From contig CAXXLQ010000004.1 of NCBI GenBank assembly GCA_963668695.2, forward strand, positions 1,632,001 to 1,696,000: a DNA stretch of 64,000 bases, written 5' to 3'. The translations under genes were made by a program, and so were the position numbers. Positions 61,579 through 64,000 of this stretch are shown here, in pieces. This stretch comes from Vicinamibacteria bacterium (GTDB lineage: Bacteria > Acidobacteriota > Vicinamibacteria > Marinacidobacterales > Marinacidobacteraceae). The notes under the pieces were generated by a model. The model was not told the DNA's origin, searched no databases, and saw nothing but the letters and a program-made list of their open reading frames with translations. Within the stretch, counting starts at the first letter, position 1. Each line of letters opens with the position of its first letter.

Positions 61579-62051
61579 TAGGCTTCCTCCTGATCGCCGG
61601 CTGAAAGCGACCGGGTTAGGCTGAGTCGGTTTCGATCTTTGATCCGTTCGTAGTGCGTCGAGGTCATCAGCGACTGAACGAGAAAAACACCGAGTCCTCC
61701 GATCGGCCTGTCTTCGAGAGGCAGGCTCGTGTCGGGGACCGGCGCTTCGTGAAACGGGTCGAATGGTATCCCGTGATCTTCGATCTCGAGTTGAAAGACG
61801 TTTTCGGCGATCGTCGCCCATACGTGAATGTGGGCGTGTTCGCTTCCCCGCGTTCCATACTTGATGATGTTGGTGACGAGTTCGTCCACGGAAAGGGTGA
61901 TTCGCTGAGTGTCCATGGGCGGCACATTGTGCGCTTCCGCGAACTCCTCAAGCTCTACGAGCATCTGGCTCAGCTCTCCCAAATCCTTCTCCAGCTTGAA
62001 GGAGAAGGTCGGTCCTCCTGCCTTCCCGCCTGAGTCGCGCTTGCGTGCCAT
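61578..62051 (-). CDS. RsbW-like anti-sigma factor / Ser-Thr kinase
   Basis: DELVTNIIKYG, IEDHGIPFDP, GGLGVFLV. Confidence 0.9.
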   Translation of the reverse strand: MARKRDSGGKAGGPTFSFKLEKDLGELSQMLVELEEFAEAHNVPPMDTQRITLSVDELVTNIIKYGTRGSEHAHIHVWATIAENVFQLEIEDHGIPFDPFHEAPVPDTSLPLEDRPIGGLGVFLVQSLMTSTHYERIKDRNRLSLTRSLSAGDQEEA

Positions 62052-62064
62052 CGGGGGGGCAACT

Positions 62065-62985
62065 CTATCTTGACCGTGCTGCGGCGTGCATGTTTCCCGG
62101 GCCCGCCGGGGCGCCGGAGGGCTCGGTATCCACGGCCTTGATGTTGACCTCCACCTCGAGCTGCTGCCAGGCGGCTCCCCGAAAGGTACCGCGGGTCGGC
62201 GGAACGTCGCGGTAGTCCCGTCCGGTGGCCACCCGGATGTGATGCTTCGGGGACACCGTGTTGTTCGTGGGGTCCGCCCCGACCCAGCCGAGGCCGGGCA
62301 ACAGGCATTCGATCCACGCGTGGCTGGCTTCCGCCATGGTCTGTTCCCGTCCCTCCCGGACGGGAAAGAGGTACCCGGAGGTGTACTGGGCCGGGATACC
62401 CCAGCCGCGCACGATCGCCAGCATGATGTGGGAAAAGTCCTGGCAGACGCCGCTCTCGGCCAGCAGGGCGTCGTCGATCGGCGAGTCCACGCGGGTTCGT
62501 CCGCGCTCGAACGCGAGCGCTTCGTGAATCCGGGCCGTCAGTTCCCGAAGCGAAGTGAGGGGGGTCTCGCGGCGCGCGATGCCGTGCCGGTCGACGAAGG
62601 CGGCGAGCGCCGCCGTCGGTCGGGTCAGCGCGGTCGGGTGCAGGAGGTGCCACATTGAGTGCGTCTGCACCTCCTTCAGAGCGTCCCAGCCCGAGCCGGC
62701 CGCCTCTTCGGGTTCGCTGGCGTGGAGGGCGACCAGCGATTTCGAGGTGACCGTCATTTGGTCGTGTTCGCCCGGAACGTCGAAGAAATGCACCGCATTG
62801 CCGAAGCAGTCCTCGTAATTGCCGAGTTCGGCCCCGGGATCGGTCAGGATCCGGAACGACTCCAGGTGCTGGGAGGCGTCGTTTCGGGGCTGCAGATAGA
62901 GGGTGACGACGGACTCGCGGACCGGTTCCGAATACTGGAAACGCGTGACGTGCTCTACGCGATAGAGCGCCGATGGCCGGGACAC
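62065..62985 (-). CDS. Transglutaminase-family protein
   Basis: GVCQDFSH, SGYL, SHAWIE, DPTN, GRDYRDVPP. Confidence 0.92.
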   Translation of the reverse strand: MSRPSALYRVEHVTRFQYSEPVRESVVTLYLQPRNDASQHLESFRILTDPGAELGNYEDCFGNAVHFFDVPGEHDQMTVTSKSLVALHASEPEEAAGSGWDALKEVQTHSMWHLLHPTALTRPTAALAAFVDRHGIARRETPLTSLRELTARIHEALAFERGRTRVDSPIDDALLAESGVCQDFSHIMLAIVRGWGIPAQYTSGYLFPVREGREQTMAEASHAWIECLLPGLGWVGADPTNNTVSPKHHIRVATGRDYRDVPPTRGTFRGAAWQQLEVEVNIKAVDTEPSGAPAGPGNMHAAARSR

Positions 62986-62986
62986 G

Positions 62987-63955
62987 TTATCTCCCCGGCA
63001 GGGCCCGATCTGCCGGATAGAAGATGAAGCGGCGGTAGATCTCGCTGTGGAGGCCGCGGGAAAGCCGGCGCACTTCAACGAGCGTGGACGCCAGATCGTC
63101 GGGTTTCTGGGAGCCGTAGGCCAGCAGCGCGCGAAGTTGGCCGGCGATCCGGTGGGCCGCCTGCAGCGGATGCCGGGCGCCTCCGGCCGGATCGATCCGG
63201 CCGAGCCCGTTGCGAATCTCCTCGGCGGCGAACCGGAGGGTGTGGGGCGACTCCGGTTCGTGGATCAGGAAGGTCATCACCTTCCACGGATCGATCGCGG
63301 GCGTGTAGTGGCGGCAATAGGGCTCGAAGCTCGCGCAATTCCTGAGGAGCAGCGACCAGTCCAGATCGGTGTCCGCGTCGTCGAGGCTCGGAAGATAGTT
63401 CTCGAGGATCTGGGTGGTGACCTGGATACGCTCCATGAAGCGGCCGAGCCGGATGAAATCCCAGGCGAGCCCGTGCCGGAGGCCGTTGTCGGTCACTCCC
63501 CGGAAGAGGTAGATCTGGGCGGAGGTCTCCTTGTAGAAGTTCTCCGGCTCCTTGTTCCAGAAGAAATGCAGCTTGGTCTCCCGCAGCGAGAGATAGGTTC
63601 GATTGAGCTGTCCCCACATCTCCTGGGTGATCTCCTGCCGGGCCTGCCGGGCGTTCTCCCGTGACATGCCCCACAGGAACACCATCGAGCCGGGGTTGTC
63701 CCGCTCGAAGCTCATGAAGTCCGCCAGCGTGTAGGCATCGGCAAGCAGGAAGGCGTCCTCGTCGCCGTAGAGCGGATCGCCGCCCGGAGGCTGGATTTTC
63801 AGGCTGCGGAAGAGCCGCGTCCACCCGGCTGCCACCTGCTCGGAAGTGTTGTCGGCCACGGAACGGACCTGGACTCCCAGCAGCCGGATGGTCTGGTCCG
63901 CGCGCTCCAGATAGCGGCTCATCCAGTAGAGGTTGTCGGCGACGCGGGCGAGCAT
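62987..63955 (-). CDS. Alpha-E domain protein
   Basis: MLARVADNLYWMSRYLERA, RENARQAR, LGRFMER. Confidence 0.92.
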   Translation of the reverse strand: MLARVADNLYWMSRYLERADQTIRLLGVQVRSVADNTSEQVAAGWTRLFRSLKIQPPGGDPLYGDEDAFLLADAYTLADFMSFERDNPGSMVFLWGMSRENARQARQEITQEMWGQLNRTYLSLRETKLHFFWNKEPENFYKETSAQIYLFRGVTDNGLRHGLAWDFIRLGRFMERIQVTTQILENYLPSLDDADTDLDWSLLLRNCASFEPYCRHYTPAIDPWKVMTFLIHEPESPHTLRFAAEEIRNGLGRIDPAGGARHPLQAAHRIAGQLRALLAYGSQKPDDLASTLVEVRRLSRGLHSEIYRRFIFYPADRALPGR

Positions 63956-64000
63956 GATCAGCCCTCCGTCGGGGCGTGGCTCCCCGGCGCTTCCGGGGTG

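Overview
GC-rich bacterial chromosomal window. The gene content (GWxTD protein, TonB-dependent receptors, PDZ-GAF-PAS kinase with a sigma54 regulator) suggests Acidobacteriota, which is inference. It carries housekeeping genes (serS, pncA/pncB, xerC-topA-dprA, mutM, hisN-like, three tRNAs), several Tat-exported oxidoreductases, a decayed integrase/portal element at tRNA-Ser(TGA) with IS256/IS3 remnants, and a higB-higA locus whose antitoxin is fused to a Swt1-like HEPN domain. The most striking signal is non-coding: a nested, modular family of short repeats. A 179-bp MITE (family A, 10 loci) and a 221-bp MITE (family B, 2 loci) share CAGCCTGTGG termini and YTAR-like flanks. Their copies differ in length by discrete modules: an 18-bp unit CCCCACCGGGAGAACTGG (about 30 copies, at least 9 different insertion sites, both orientations, sometimes in tandem), a 90-bp hairpin cassette (x1, x9, and one copy outside the MITE) and 53/71/130-bp end duplications. 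One MITE sits in frame inside the signal peptide of the GWxTD gene, and others supply the C-termini of dprA and an amidohydrolase. All calls were made by eye from the sequence and the ORF track; no database searches were run.
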